This document shows positions 11,001 to 20,700 of a DNA stretch of 64,000 bases, piece after piece (the stretch's first letter is position 1; every line of letters begins with the position of its first letter). The DNA comes from a virus. Position numbers and translations under genes: made by a program. The notes beneath the pieces are model-generated. The model saw nothing but the letters and a program-made list of their open reading frames with translations. It was not told the origin of the DNA and searched no databases. The stretch covers positions 16,991-80,990 of IMG/VR virus record IMGVR_UViG_3300025093_000018. One strand, written 5' to 3'.

Positions 11001-13677
11001 CGGAGAAAACAGCTGAGTTAACAACCCCAATTTCCCTATCATGTTGCGGTGATTGAGCAAATTGATTACCATATACAGATGGCTTCTTAGGTGATGAATC
11101 AAATACTTCTAAATACCTAAATGCAGTCCATGCACTAGTACCCGTGCTATATGTAGCATCTAACGCGTACCCACCAACAGTACCAGATCCTGGAACATAA
11201 TTACCAGAAGAATCTATTTGTAAATCTATTTTTAAAAACCCGGTCTCTGTTCTAGTATGAGAGATATTTAGGAGATCAACATATGTATGTGTAACAGGTC
11301 CTATACTCCATGCCCCATCTAAAGATCTAAACTCAGCATCTAAATTTAATGTTATATTACTATTAGGTGCTGTTTCAAAACCACCACCCCAAGGCCCTAA
11401 TATAGTTAAATCACCGTTTGCTGGCGGATTAGTACCACAAGTTAAATTACCTGTAGTAGCCGTTCCCGTAGTACATATATGTGAGTTAATAGTTTGGTTA
11501 CTTGGTATTGGAAACTCACCCTGCCACTGTATTGGGTACCCAGTACCACCACCTGGAGTTGTAGTTACTTGTAAGTTCTCTACTACATCTTGACGACCTA
11601 TAACTGTATTACCATTAACACCATTTATAGCTAATCCTTTATTTGATCCATTAAATATAGACGACATATAAGGCTTATTAACTAAAGCATCAGGTGTATA
11701 GAATGCGTAAGACATTGGAACAGCTTTCCCATTATGAGAGTAATAAGTTGGATCTGGCCAAACTATACCTTGCATAGATAATGGATCACCTCTTTTTATA
11801 CCAGGTACATTATTATTAGTAACAATAGGTGTATCTTGATACATTATAATATTTTCCCATATTCTACCTGGGGAAGGCATAACTTTTACATTATCTTCAA
11901 AAGCAGGTTGACCGTGATTATTTGAACCATATCTATCTTTACCAATGCCCCATCTACAATCTTGAACAGACTTGTATGTAGGTGTGGTTGGGCTTAACAG
12001 CGTAGGTATTTCTGCAGTGTTACACATGTAACCCTGAACTAAGGCGTCATTTTTTCTTTCTTTCCTAACAAAAAAGAATCCATCAGTCTCAGACTGAATA
12101 ATAGAATTATTAATTAATGATTGTACATTAACTCTAAGACCTTTTACCTCAGTAGTGTCGTAAGCTGCCCCCTTTAAAAGTACCTTACGTTTGTGAGTTC
12201 TGTAAACCCCAAGTCTATTTTCAGATGTGTTGCCAACAAAACCGTCAGCACTTGTTATTGGAGAGGTTCCTGTATAAGAGAAAGTCCCATCATAATTATC
12301 ACCACCTCTTATAGGTAATGCTGGTGTTAGACCTCGTCCATTATTTAAAATAAATATAATACCAACTTCATAAGTTTCTCCAGACCAATAACCTAAATTA
12401 TAGTAAACGTTAGAAGGATCAGCATATCCTTCACCTTTCTCTTTTATAGTTATATCTTTAGTAATCTCCTCTATGTGTAATCCTTGGGCGGCATCACTAA
12501 ATATATCAAAATTATCTGTAGTATTTGTAATATTACCTAAAACAAGTCTATCATCATGCTGAGCGATTGTTTTTACGGTATCAATAGAAGAATAATCTAT
12601 GTTAAGAGTAGCATATGATATTACATCTGTGACTTCAGTACCATATACAGTGATATTCATAGACCCACCAGTAGCTGGTAAATCATAAATATCTTGAATT
12701 TCATAAATTGTAGTTGTAGTATCGGTTTCTCCTACAGCATGAGAGTAATATACCTTTATACCACTAAATTTCTGGTCTAAGTTATTTAATGTAAAACTTA
12801 TTGTTTTACCAGTATCTTCTTGATCAGTTGCTCCATGATCATCATAACCCATAGAAATTAAACGAGATTCTTCTATAATGTCTGTTAATCCGCCATCACT
12901 ATCCGTGTATTTAAAATAAAATCTATATCCGCCACCTTTAATAGCCCCACCATAACTAAGACCATTATAAGTTAAGTCGACTATAGTATCCGACTGTCTT
13001 AGTAATTTAGTAGCACCAAACCTCGCTTCAGCATAAGTATTTGTATCTTTATCTTGACGCCTATCAGCAATAGCAGCATTTTTCCCATCCTCACTCACTT
13101 TAAATCTACTGTTAATTAATCTAACAGGGTTATAATCATCAGTAAATATAATATTCACTGAATCATCGTATGATGGTTGTATCTCTACTTCTATTAATCT
13201 ATCACTTAAAAAATTTAACTCTGGAGTTCTAAAAGGTTCATTATAGTTTACATCATCATCTAGTGGATGAGGTATAACTGGTGAATTATTTGGTATAGTA
13301 GAAAAATTCTTTAGTGGGGCATACTTATCCTTCATAGGTAAATAATAACTAGCATCTATACCATTATTTACCAGATTGTCCCAGTCTGGAGACGGGAAAG
13401 ACCCTATTTCTCCTTCGATAAAATTTCCGTTAGAGTCAAATCTACCAGATACTATATAAGATATACCTTTAAATACTTCAACACCTAATGGCTGAAATCC
13501 CTCAGTAAGTTGAGTAACATGCTCATTACCATTCATATTTTGAAGGATAAGCTGGTTTTTCCCTTTAGTTGTAAGAGCCGCGTTAATAGCGTCAGTCATC
13601 ACATTAGGTTTTGTATTAATCGGATGTGAATCTGTGTTAAGCTCTGTAAACTGATTAACTGACTGTTCTTGACTCAT
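8068..13677 (-). CDS. Tail stabilization / muzzle protein (P22 gp10-like) of crAss-like phages
   Basis: 1869 aa; N-terminal LNTD...MTDAINA..LQNMNGN, FTDDYNPVRLIN, YYNLGYWSGETYEVGI, STEYGSDQQFS and C-terminal RDKAIKIRI resemble the family; synteny. Confidence 0.8.
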   Translation of the reverse strand: MSQEQSVNQFTELNTDSHPINTKPNVMTDAINAALTTKGKNQLILQNMNGNEHVTQLTEGFQPLGVEVFKGISYIVSGRFDSNGNFIEGEIGSFPSPDWDNLVNNGIDASYYLPMKDKYAPLKNFSTIPNNSPVIPHPLDDDVNYNEPFRTPELNFLSDRLIEVEIQPSYDDSVNIIFTDDYNPVRLINSRFKVSEDGKNAAIADRRQDKDTNTYAEARFGATKLLRQSDTIVDLTYNGLSYGGAIKGGGYRFYFKYTDSDGGLTDIIEESRLISMGYDDHGATDQEDTGKTISFTLNNLDQKFSGIKVYYSHAVGETDTTTTIYEIQDIYDLPATGGSMNITVYGTEVTDVISYATLNIDYSSIDTVKTIAQHDDRLVLGNITNTTDNFDIFSDAAQGLHIEEITKDITIKEKGEGYADPSNVYYNLGYWSGETYEVGIIFILNNGRGLTPALPIRGGDNYDGTFSYTGTSPITSADGFVGNTSENRLGVYRTHKRKVLLKGAAYDTTEVKGLRVNVQSLINNSIIQSETDGFFFVRKERKNDALVQGYMCNTAEIPTLLSPTTPTYKSVQDCRWGIGKDRYGSNNHGQPAFEDNVKVMPSPGRIWENIIMYQDTPIVTNNNVPGIKRGDPLSMQGIVWPDPTYYSHNGKAVPMSYAFYTPDALVNKPYMSSIFNGSNKGLAINGVNGNTVIGRQDVVENLQVTTTPGGGTGYPIQWQGEFPIPSNQTINSHICTTGTATTGNLTCGTNPPANGDLTILGPWGGGFETAPNSNITLNLDAEFRSLDGAWSIGPVTHTYVDLLNISHTRTETGFLKIDLQIDSSGNYVPGSGTVGGYALDATYSTGTSAWTAFRYLEVFDSSPKKPSVYGNQFAQSPQHDREIGVVNSAVFSVPLNTMSVGQTGTFTIQVKLPIYRYYKYYGNSEGNTPTLAYTETVEVTGTYTLTGMQNTINNNLHTVSSTDNTPIQDIRIENIVFDPTPLDDLDTGESIKVNYIPDNQDSFSNGQFASKSDRNLFYTARDAQDNNLIDQPYSSNPNSEQALSGVNTGIIWAADQIRFADYIGVKISKIEQNDKADIYLANELRNDDQSVRNYLAFQQNGYGLAGTDIADWTYKVQHEGFRLGVVSNIYSSPIGPQTQTDWKNKYNNSGVVEPYYAISKRYSWEDVINNADIDIYDGDCFINYAYKRLNYSLGIEGTPSATDPTLYAYLLQPGLYDRGTVFPIVCESNYNTSMRTFEFFSPEEKVLYGKNRTYFPIDTIEDIRGSRQNESAGYNHGYHYAFSDRNYTALNDRSPVLNINYGNRVMVSESAVAGNFKNGYTDFSGLNFRDYNKQLGEITKLVAHNNHLFCIFEKGTGVVPMNQRTMVGGEGDGVFIDDAKILAQKMKIISTEYGSDQQFSIIKTDEYIYGCDLNKTKIWRIVSQGEQHSMELISDFAVQVILNEYKDRLDNNRLPSFVKANYDRERNNVIFSFLNQLDGKYTTDLYQMVAVPPNDPDPIGDVPVEVGDVGGDTPVDPPVDDEFTDIDLSGPVNAADFAAYETAKKTKAASDTPVTDASAGTATDDAVDGLDTLSPNSKGEVILPGGYTTIPGYNEQLQIYEPVLVETNKLGSLYFNETISKWVSRLSWNPLFTFNISNDLYSFNAVDNMDKVWEHFSPNVPYCHFYGNQDKFEFEFVLVDNSSAQKILNNLHFICNRTFPGRITYKIDSDVDYETFAVTDGSYTQLMKQRHEYISWTATQFMNGGNLLIDFGISAEEAERIVGSHFVHNNIFYIIGNAITLNGVNYVGITDEFGAPVTAPLTGLNINRLEFGIIKQNMEYREDHLYVEVGKGTDKSRVRDKAIKIRIVYEGNDYVTIQSIISKFVYSFN

Positions 13678-14428
13678 TTTGTTTCTTTTCTCTATTTAAT
13701 CTTTTCTTCTTGACGGATCTCATTACTTTATCATGATTTTTACCTAGAGGTCTATAAAATCTGATCTCACCGTCTTTATCTATGATCCTAAGTTCTTCCC
13801 CTCTCCTTAAATTGTAAGCCATTCTTCTGGATCCTATTCTTACAATCTTATTTATACTACTTTCTTTAATATAAGGAAATTGTTCGTAAATCTCCGGTAG
13901 AAAGTGATTAATATTTTTTGGTCGCTTAGAGAAGTTTTTACCACTATTAGCTGTATCTACTAGATGTTTATAATATGGTTTATTAACATAAACTTCTAAT
14001 TGCTGACGTCTAGAGTGTTTAGAAAATCTATACTTAACTCTAGGTATTTTATAATTAGTGGCTAAAAGATCGAATTCATGTAACTGACCTTTCTGCCTTC
14101 TATACTTAACAACTGAATCTTTCATTTCAGCTGTATATATCTCAGCTTTACAATTACCTGGAAACATATATGAACAATTTCCAGATATTATATCCCAAAG
14201 AACACTTTTTATATATAATCTAAAGATCTTCCTAACTAATGAAGAATTATCTTTAACATTATATAACTTTTGTAGTTTACCCTTAGGTGAGTTTGATTTA
14301 ACTTCCAATACTTCCTTAGCGAATTCTTTATCGTTAGGAAATATATCCTTAAGGGTAAGCATAAGACTTGCGTCAAATGCTGCTACCTTTATTAATTTTC
14401 CGTCCTCATTATAAACATGAGTAGGCAT
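13655..14428 (-). CDS. Basic conserved crAss-like protein (IHF-like by synteny)
   Basis: Lys/Arg-rich; lies between tail tubular and muzzle genes, the position of the IHF-like gene in crAss-like phages. Confidence 0.4.
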   Translation of the reverse strand: MPTHVYNEDGKLIKVAAFDASLMLTLKDIFPNDKEFAKEVLEVKSNSPKGKLQKLYNVKDNSSLVRKIFRLYIKSVLWDIISGNCSYMFPGNCKAEIYTAEMKDSVVKYRRQKGQLHEFDLLATNYKIPRVKYRFSKHSRRQQLEVYVNKPYYKHLVDTANSGKNFSKRPKNINHFLPEIYEQFPYIKESSINKIVRIGSRRMAYNLRRGEELRIIDKDGEIRFYRPLGKNHDKVMRSVKKKRLNREKKQNESRTVS

Positions 14429-15195
14429 TATTCTAAAGTTTTATAACTACTATAAAATACTTTTCTATCTGATCTAGTTTTTGCAGAAAGTAGTCTGTCT
14501 AAGAAGTTTTGAGATAAATATTCAGGAATTTTAGCTGCAGCGGCCATACGCTCAGCTTCTGGTTTAATATATGGTAGGAATTTAGTAGATTGATCATCCC
14601 CCATAAAAGCTTTCTTTTGTGTTACTAAGAAGGCCATCTTATAAGCAATGGCTTCAACTTCTTTCCTAGTTAACAACGGGTTTTGATCGGAATCCATTAA
14701 AATACCCCTATAAATAACGGTAACCATATTACCAACAAACTTCTTATCAAATCTAAGTTTCTTACAAGTACCAGATGCATCAATTTCATATGGAACAAAA
14801 TCACCCTTTGGATGAAGGTCTGATCTAGATAAATTATGTCTTTTAAAAGACGGATCACTAACCACATCAGGTAAAAATGAATAACTAGCTGTTATAGTTA
14901 TAGTTGTAGGGTCTCCATATAGAATTACTAGATCATCATCACTAAAATCTGCTGTTGACCCCTCTGATACAGCCTCTATATATTCGAAATTACAAGGAAG
15001 GTCTACAAAACCATCTTGATCTATATTAGCCGTAAACCCATGTACAGCTGTAGCAACATTTCCTAGGTCGCGAAATATAAAGTAAGAATCTTCAACGAAA
15101 TCATCATCAGTCATAGATATTCCAAATAATGCTTTCATTCTATGCTTACTAGTCAAGTATTCATATAAACGCTCTTGAGCTTCTTCTTGTGCCAT
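14428..15195 (-). CDS. Tail tubular / ring protein
   Basis: VDLPCNFEYIEAV and IYRGILMD..NPLL..EVEAIAY motifs typical of crAss-like tail tubular proteins. Confidence 0.7.
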   Translation of the reverse strand: MAQEEAQERLYEYLTSKHRMKALFGISMTDDDFVEDSYFIFRDLGNVATAVHGFTANIDQDGFVDLPCNFEYIEAVSEGSTADFSDDDLVILYGDPTTITITASYSFLPDVVSDPSFKRHNLSRSDLHPKGDFVPYEIDASGTCKKLRFDKKFVGNMVTVIYRGILMDSDQNPLLTRKEVEAIAYKMAFLVTQKKAFMGDDQSTKFLPYIKPEAERMAAAAKIPEYLSQNFLDRLLSAKTRSDRKVFYSSYKTLE

Positions 15196-15202
15196 AAATT
15201 AA

Positions 15203-15898
15203 TTAAGTTACTGGGTCAGACTGAGTATTAGGTAAAGGAGGCAGATTCATCTGTCTATAGTATCTAACATATTTCTCAGTCAAAGTATCAATTATAGCTT
15301 GTTGAACGTGTCCTGGTGCTGGATATTCCTTATCACCAAAATCAGGACTATCATCCCCAATTCTTGATGGGTGTTCAAAAATAGCTCTTATTGACATATA
15401 TTTTAAACCAACATGTTGACCAGCATTCATTAGATAAGCTGTCATCATGCCATTTTTATCTTGTGTTGTATCAATCCAAATAAACGGTCTTTTAGACGTT
15501 CTAACGCGATATTTATGGTTTTGCATACTATCGGTATCAAAATACACAATAAAGTCTTCCTGCTTATTCATAAGACCAAAATATTCTACAGCACTATCAT
15601 CGAATGTAGCTGCTACAGGTGGTATTTTAACAGCTGGTACTCCATCCCCGGAAGAAAACCCACATGGAGCATTCTGTGATAAGTCGTGACAGGTTACGTG
15701 TAAAGCATCTATAGTTTGGTATAAATATTTAGGATTAAGCTTTCTTCCGGAGTCTGCATATTTTTGTATATAAGCAGCTCTTTCTAAATCAACTTCCTCC
15801 TCAATTTGTTTAACTGAGTAAGCTTGGTTAGAAATATTTCCAGATAAACCATCTGAAACTCTATTACGTATTGCTGATGTTATCTCGTTTAGAGTCAT
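15203..15898 (-). CDS. Tail ring protein
   Basis: MTLNEI..IRN start, YRVRTSKRPFIWID and SIRAIFEHP motifs; synteny. Confidence 0.6.
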   Translation of the reverse strand: MTLNEITSAIRNRVSDGLSGNISNQAYSVKQIEEEVDLERAAYIQKYADSGRKLNPKYLYQTIDALHVTCHDLSQNAPCGFSSGDGVPAVKIPPVAATFDDSAVEYFGLMNKQEDFIVYFDTDSMQNHKYRVRTSKRPFIWIDTTQDKNGMMTAYLMNAGQHVGLKYMSIRAIFEHPSRIGDDSPDFGDKEYPAPGHVQQAIIDTLTEKYVRYYRQMNLPPLPNTQSDPVT

Positions 15899-15900
15899 AC

Positions 15901-17664
15901 TTATCTCTTTATAGTAGCAATCTTATTTAAATCTAAAGAGCCTTGTTTTTTTAATGCTTTCTTATAAGTCTTTTCAGATTTCTTAGCCCTTTTTTCTTTA
16001 TCTTTCTGAGACTTTTTATAATCTTTGTCATTCTTTTTAGTAACCGAATTATCCTTTACTACAAAACCTTTTTGACCTTTTCTAAGTAAAACCCCACCAC
16101 CTTTGTGAGATTTACCACCGCAGTTATAGCTAGCTGTTTTACTATCTGCTTTTCTTTCAGCTTTTCTTTTAGCTTTATTTAAAACACGTAATTCTTTTTT
16201 ATATAGTTCCTCTAATGAACCATCTCCACCACCTTGTTTCTTTCTTTTATTCTTACGTTTTTTAGATTGTTTAGTAAGCCACTTACCATAAGTTTCACTT
16301 ACTACCCCATCGTAACCCTCAACTTTAGTAGTTAACTTACCACCTTTCTGTGATTTTTTAAGTAAAACCCCACCTCTTTTATGTTTTCTAGCAGGCGCTT
16401 GAGATCCAGTAGTTAATCTATAACCAAAGTTTAAATCTCTAATATTTGTCTGAGGTGTATAACCTTGCTGTTCAGCTTCTTTACTTCCGTAATATTGTTT
16501 TTCTTTAAACCCCGCTCTTCTTCTATAAGCATTTTTCCACTCTAGATTTTTATAAAAATTTTCTAAGTCTTCTGCTGGTATCATTCTTTGACCTGCTTGT
16601 TTGTGGTCTTCCGGATAAACAGCATTAGGGTCGATTGTTTGGTTTATATCCATAGTATTAGGATCTATGCCATATTTCTTCTGAACCCCTTGTCTAAATT
16701 TAATTATCTCTTGATTTCTTCTATTTCTTTCTGCCATTATAGCTGCATTAGCTTTGGCTTTACTATCTAATTGAGTAGGTCTGTTTGGATCATAGGCTGG
16801 CTGCCATTCGCTTAAACCTTGATATTGTTTAGGATCTACTTCACCTGGAGTTAAAACAGCTGTATTTGTTCTTTGTACACCGTTTACTGCCTTAGGTGTA
16901 ATCTGGTAAGTATTTACAGAGTCTACTTTATTACCGGTTTGGTATTTTAGTAATCTACCTCCATTTCTATAATTTGTCATATTATTTTCCTTAATTTTAA
17001 TTCCTTGTGCTTGAGCTATATTTTGTGGTGTGCCCCAAGTAGAGGCAAATGCTCTTGGGTTTTCTTTAACCTGTTGAACTATCTCTTTACTACTTAAACC
17101 ATCTGTACCATATTTCTTAGCGTACATTTTGGCCATATTATAGTTGGAAGCTTCCCAATGTTCTTTTCCTGTATCCTTACCTTGTCTTCTTTGGTATAGT
17201 TGACCATCCTCATATTTAAATCCAGGTGTAAACCCTCTAGCACTATCTGATTGTCTCTGTGCAGCTATAGCATCAGCTTTTCTTTTAGCAGCTAATTCAT
17301 CAGTAGCTTTTCTATCAAATATCCAGTCTGCCTTTGTAGCATCTGCATCATACGAGTATACTTCTCCCATATCTCTAGCTACATCTTGAAAGAATTGTTC
17401 TCCTCCTTCTCTTCCTGTAGACCCCGGTAAACTTTTATAGTAATCTACAATACCTTGTTGTTTTGTATTACCTCGGGATGCTGCTGCTACATAATTTGGG
17501 TCACTTATATACTTTTCATATCCAGATTTATCCCAAACTGCAGGTTTAACCACTTTATTTGGTTGTGCTTTATAATTTGGAGCAGAAGCAGCTCTAGTAG
17601 CTATAATATTATCTCCTTTAGCGGCTATTAATTTATTACCTCCTTGATATTTTAATATTCCCAT
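15901..17664 (-). CDS. Highly basic putative capsid-internal/cargo protein with KYQxG(G) repeats
   Basis: MGILKYQGG, LLKYQTG, KRGGVLLKKSQKGG, KGGGVLLRKGQKG; Lys-rich C-terminus. Confidence 0.45.
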   Translation of the reverse strand: MGILKYQGGNKLIAAKGDNIIATRAASAPNYKAQPNKVVKPAVWDKSGYEKYISDPNYVAAASRGNTKQQGIVDYYKSLPGSTGREGGEQFFQDVARDMGEVYSYDADATKADWIFDRKATDELAAKRKADAIAAQRQSDSARGFTPGFKYEDGQLYQRRQGKDTGKEHWEASNYNMAKMYAKKYGTDGLSSKEIVQQVKENPRAFASTWGTPQNIAQAQGIKIKENNMTNYRNGGRLLKYQTGNKVDSVNTYQITPKAVNGVQRTNTAVLTPGEVDPKQYQGLSEWQPAYDPNRPTQLDSKAKANAAIMAERNRRNQEIIKFRQGVQKKYGIDPNTMDINQTIDPNAVYPEDHKQAGQRMIPAEDLENFYKNLEWKNAYRRRAGFKEKQYYGSKEAEQQGYTPQTNIRDLNFGYRLTTGSQAPARKHKRGGVLLKKSQKGGKLTTKVEGYDGVVSETYGKWLTKQSKKRKNKRKKQGGGDGSLEELYKKELRVLNKAKRKAERKADSKTASYNCGGKSHKGGGVLLRKGQKGFVVKDNSVTKKNDKDYKKSQKDKEKRAKKSEKTYKKALKKQGSLDLNKIATIKR

Positions 17665-17718
17665 AATACAAGTTTTGCGTATTATACATTATAGTAAAAA
17701 TACTTGAATATATAAAGT

Positions 17719-17750
17719 AAAAAAGCCCGCCTTTGTAGACGAGCTTTCTT
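17719..17750 (-). terminator. Intrinsic terminator
   Basis: Minus strand AAAGCTCGTCT-loop-AGGCGGGCTTTTTT directly after 17772-18791. Confidence 0.75.
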
Positions 17751-17771
17751 TTTAATCTATTTCTTAGACTA

Positions 17772-18791
17772 TTACGCGATAAACGCAGCAACAGTAGCAA
17801 CAGAACTTCTATCAGCTAAGATTAATGATTCTGTCTCTTCTTGTGCTCTTGTTAAAGGAGCAGCTTGAACAGTAGCTGTAGATCCAGCGTTAGCAGCAGC
17901 AGCTAAGATAGCAGCAGCAGCCATTTTAGAAATAGCAGCGTTAGCAGCAATCATTGTAGACTCATTCATCCAGATAGTAAATCTGTGAGTAGCTGGAAGC
18001 GGACCATGGTCAGCAGCTAAAGTAGATAGATTCTCATCGAAAGTAGTATCAATAGTGAAAGATACTTCAGTATACAATCCTCTAATATCTACGTTAGTAG
18101 AATCTTGATCTAATCCATAAGGATCAGTATTGTATCCTGTAGCCATTTTTACAGACTCTTCTAAGAATTTACCAGTACCTAATCCTGGCTCAGCAGATGA
18201 GTTAGTTACGTTTTTAGCTAATGATACTGGAGTTTGAGTTCCAATACCAGAGTTAGCTCTAGAAATTTCAATTTTAGTTACTTCAACTGACTCATAACCA
18301 GCAGTAGTAGCAACATCGATATCAGCAGCAGCAGCACCGTTAGTAATATTAATTACTGGATCCTCAATATGGAATTGAGTTACTCTATTAGTCCAAGCAG
18401 TTACAATTGCAGTTCTAATAGCAGCAGCGGTAACAGCTGTTAATGGTTGGGTCATAAAAGTAATTGGTCTAGCAGCACCAATAAAGTTATTTTTAACTTC
18501 TGATTGATATCTTCCAGTCTTAGCGTATACTCTAACTTCTACAGCATCACCAATAACAATACCAGCTGGAGCAACAATAGTCCAATCAATTGATTCGTTA
18601 GCAGCAGTAATTCCTCTGTGCATTTTCATATCTGAAATATCAGCAATAGCAAAGGTACCAAAACCTTCAATTGAGATAGTATCAGTATTTGCTACAGCAC
18701 CACTTGTGGCTACAGTAGCTCCGGTATTATCTCTTACGATAACTTCGGCATCTGAGTTTAATACTCTTAATTTGTCTCCTAATGTAAACAT
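17772..18791 (-). CDS. Abundant structural protein (putative auxiliary capsid protein)
   Basis: Ala/Thr-rich; biased codon use similar to MCP; own promoter-like site and terminator. Confidence 0.55.
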   Translation of the reverse strand: MFTLGDKLRVLNSDAEVIVRDNTGATVATSGAVANTDTISIEGFGTFAIADISDMKMHRGITAANESIDWTIVAPAGIVIGDAVEVRVYAKTGRYQSEVKNNFIGAARPITFMTQPLTAVTAAAIRTAIVTAWTNRVTQFHIEDPVINITNGAAAADIDVATTAGYESVEVTKIEISRANSGIGTQTPVSLAKNVTNSSAEPGLGTGKFLEESVKMATGYNTDPYGLDQDSTNVDIRGLYTEVSFTIDTTFDENLSTLAADHGPLPATHRFTIWMNESTMIAANAAISKMAAAAILAAAANAGSTATVQAAPLTRAQEETESLILADRSSVATVAAFIA

Positions 18792-18916
18792 AATTTTCTT
18801 TTGTTTTTGATCTTACTTATACCAGTGTAGTAAAATCGTTTTTATAAATTTTATAAGGTCACAGCTGGTATCCGCAACCTATTGTTTTTGTAGTATACTA
18901 AATTAAATTCTAACTA

Positions 18917-18924
18917 CAAAGGTA
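18917..18924 (-). promoter_or_regulatory. Bacteroidota -7 promoter element TACCTTTG
   Basis: Matches TAnnTTTG upstream of 17772-18791. Confidence 0.4.
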
Positions 18925-19701
18925 TTATTCAATCGACTCATTTGTCGGTATATGTGTCTGTAATCTAGGGTTTTGTTGGTTTTCCAAAATTAATTTTACT
19001 GTACGTTTTATAATTTCATTACAAACATATTCTGGAAATTCCATTTGTGGGGTATTATCAGTTACTGCATCTCTTTGTGTAGCAGTCATCGTTATTAAAG
19101 CTGGTTGTTTTAAATAGTCAATATTAAACTCTGTCACGGAAAACTTATTGGGATCACCGTAATAAATTTCTATAGCTCCAGGTTTAATATTATCTCTATA
19201 ATCATCTACTATTTTATAATAAGTAGTTCTATAATCAGGCTTTAAAAATGCATTATTCATTATACCAACGGCTAGATCAGATGTCAATCTTTTCGTAACA
19301 CCTTGGTGTATATACCCAGCAGGTTGACACTTATAAGGTATATTAGTTTGTACACTTGTATTACAACTTAGTAAGTGAAAATAATCACTAGGAAGCCCAA
19401 CAACCATAAAAGCACTATTATACTTATTACCAAAATAAGTATTTCTAGACCCGGAAAAACTTCCTGTAAAAGTAGTGGTGGCTGGGGATGAATTTGTTAC
19501 ATACACCCCACTCGTAGAAGAGTGGAGCGCTTGTAAATCATCTGTAAGTTGTTGTGTATCTTGATACTTTCTGTATCTCTCATTGACATATTCTTGAATA
19601 CCTTTATTACCAAAGTATAAGAAATCTTCAAGATGTAATGACGGAGCTTTTACTGTATTAAGCTCTGTTAGTAGATATTCGTAAAATTGTCTGTGAGTCA
19701 T
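18925..19701 (-). CDS. Head-tail ring/adaptor protein
   Basis: ELN..KAPSL.LEDF.Y..NK, LPSDYFHLL, IDYLKQP and EFPEYVCNEIIK motifs of crAss-like ring proteins. Confidence 0.7.
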   Translation of the reverse strand: MTHRQFYEYLLTELNTVKAPSLHLEDFLYFGNKGIQEYVNERYRKYQDTQQLTDDLQALHSSTSGVYVTNSSPATTTFTGSFSGSRNTYFGNKYNSAFMVVGLPSDYFHLLSCNTSVQTNIPYKCQPAGYIHQGVTKRLTSDLAVGIMNNAFLKPDYRTTYYKIVDDYRDNIKPGAIEIYYGDPNKFSVTEFNIDYLKQPALITMTATQRDAVTDNTPQMEFPEYVCNEIIKRTVKLILENQQNPRLQTHIPTNESIE

Positions 19702-19707
19702 TTATTA

Positions 19708-20568
19708 TTATTTTGTGAAGTCGAAAGCAGCCCCCTGTTCTGTACCTTCCTCTTTGTCGTTTGCGGGGTCATTATCTTTCACAAAGTAATCAGGATTAGT
19801 TTCTTTTTCTAATAACGCTAATACTTCCTTATTATCTTTGTTTTGTAAGAAAGAAATTGCAGCTTCGTCAGACATTCCAAATACTTGAGATCCAAACTTA
19901 ATTGCTCCATTAGGAGTTGTAGTAATTACATTTTTTTGTTTAGCCTTCAAATAAAGTAAGTGAATACCTAAGAATTTACTTTCATATACTTCGATTACTT
20001 TTTTACAAGTTTTACTATTATTAGCTTGTTCTAATAGGAACTGTTTAACAACCTCAGGATTTTCACCCTTCATGTCAAATCCTAATAACAAAGCTCTATT
20101 TTCATAGTTTACTGGTGAATCCTCTAATACATATTTAATAGCTTCGAATTTCTTCTCAACTTCAATATTTTTCTTTAAAGCTTCTTTACCTTCAATTTCT
20201 ACGTAGAATCTTGCTGTCTTTGATTTTTGTGCTTCCTCAAATGATGAAGCAACTTCTTTAGTCTCCTTTACCCAGGCCCAGTTAATAGCATCTACTTCAT
20301 TATCAAGGTTAAACTCAATACCATCCTCAAGGACAATTGAAGTATTTTTTCTAGCATTTTCGCCTGTTTCACCTACAGTTACATAATAAGTAAGGGATTT
20401 TTTATCATCCTCTGTAATTCTTTTTACGCCTCTATACCACCCTACTTTAGGGTCAAAAGCCGGTTGAACTGTATGCTTTGTTTTAAAGATTCCCCTAAGG
20501 GTAATAATCTTATCAATAGGAGTACCATTCTCCTTCTGCTCTAAATTAAGCATTCCTTTTTCACTCAT
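19708..20568 (-). CDS. Conserved crAss-like protein downstream of MCP
   Basis: ORF track 19708-20610; ATG at 20568 (MSEKG) is the likelier start. Confidence 0.55.
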   Translation of the reverse strand: MSEKGMLNLEQKENGTPIDKIITLRGIFKTKHTVQPAFDPKVGWYRGVKRITEDDKKSLTYYVTVGETGENARKNTSIVLEDGIEFNLDNEVDAINWAWVKETKEVASSFEEAQKSKTARFYVEIEGKEALKKNIEVEKKFEAIKYVLEDSPVNYENRALLLGFDMKGENPEVVKQFLLEQANNSKTCKKVIEVYESKFLGIHLLYLKAKQKNVITTTPNGAIKFGSQVFGMSDEAAISFLQNKDNKEVLALLEKETNPDYFVKDNDPANDKEEGTEQGAAFDFTK

Positions 20569-20647
20569 ATTATTCTTATTTGTTTTTATTAAAATGTTTA
20601 TAACAACCAAAATATAGTCATAATATTTTAATTTTCTATGTGTATAA

Positions 20648-20678
20648 TAAAAAAGAGGTACCTAAATAGATACCTCTT
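20648..20678 (-). terminator. Intrinsic terminator after MCP
   Basis: AAGAGGTATCT-ATTT-AGGTACCTCTTTTTT on minus strand. Confidence 0.7.
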
Positions 20679-20700
20679 AGTATATTACGAGTAATTATTA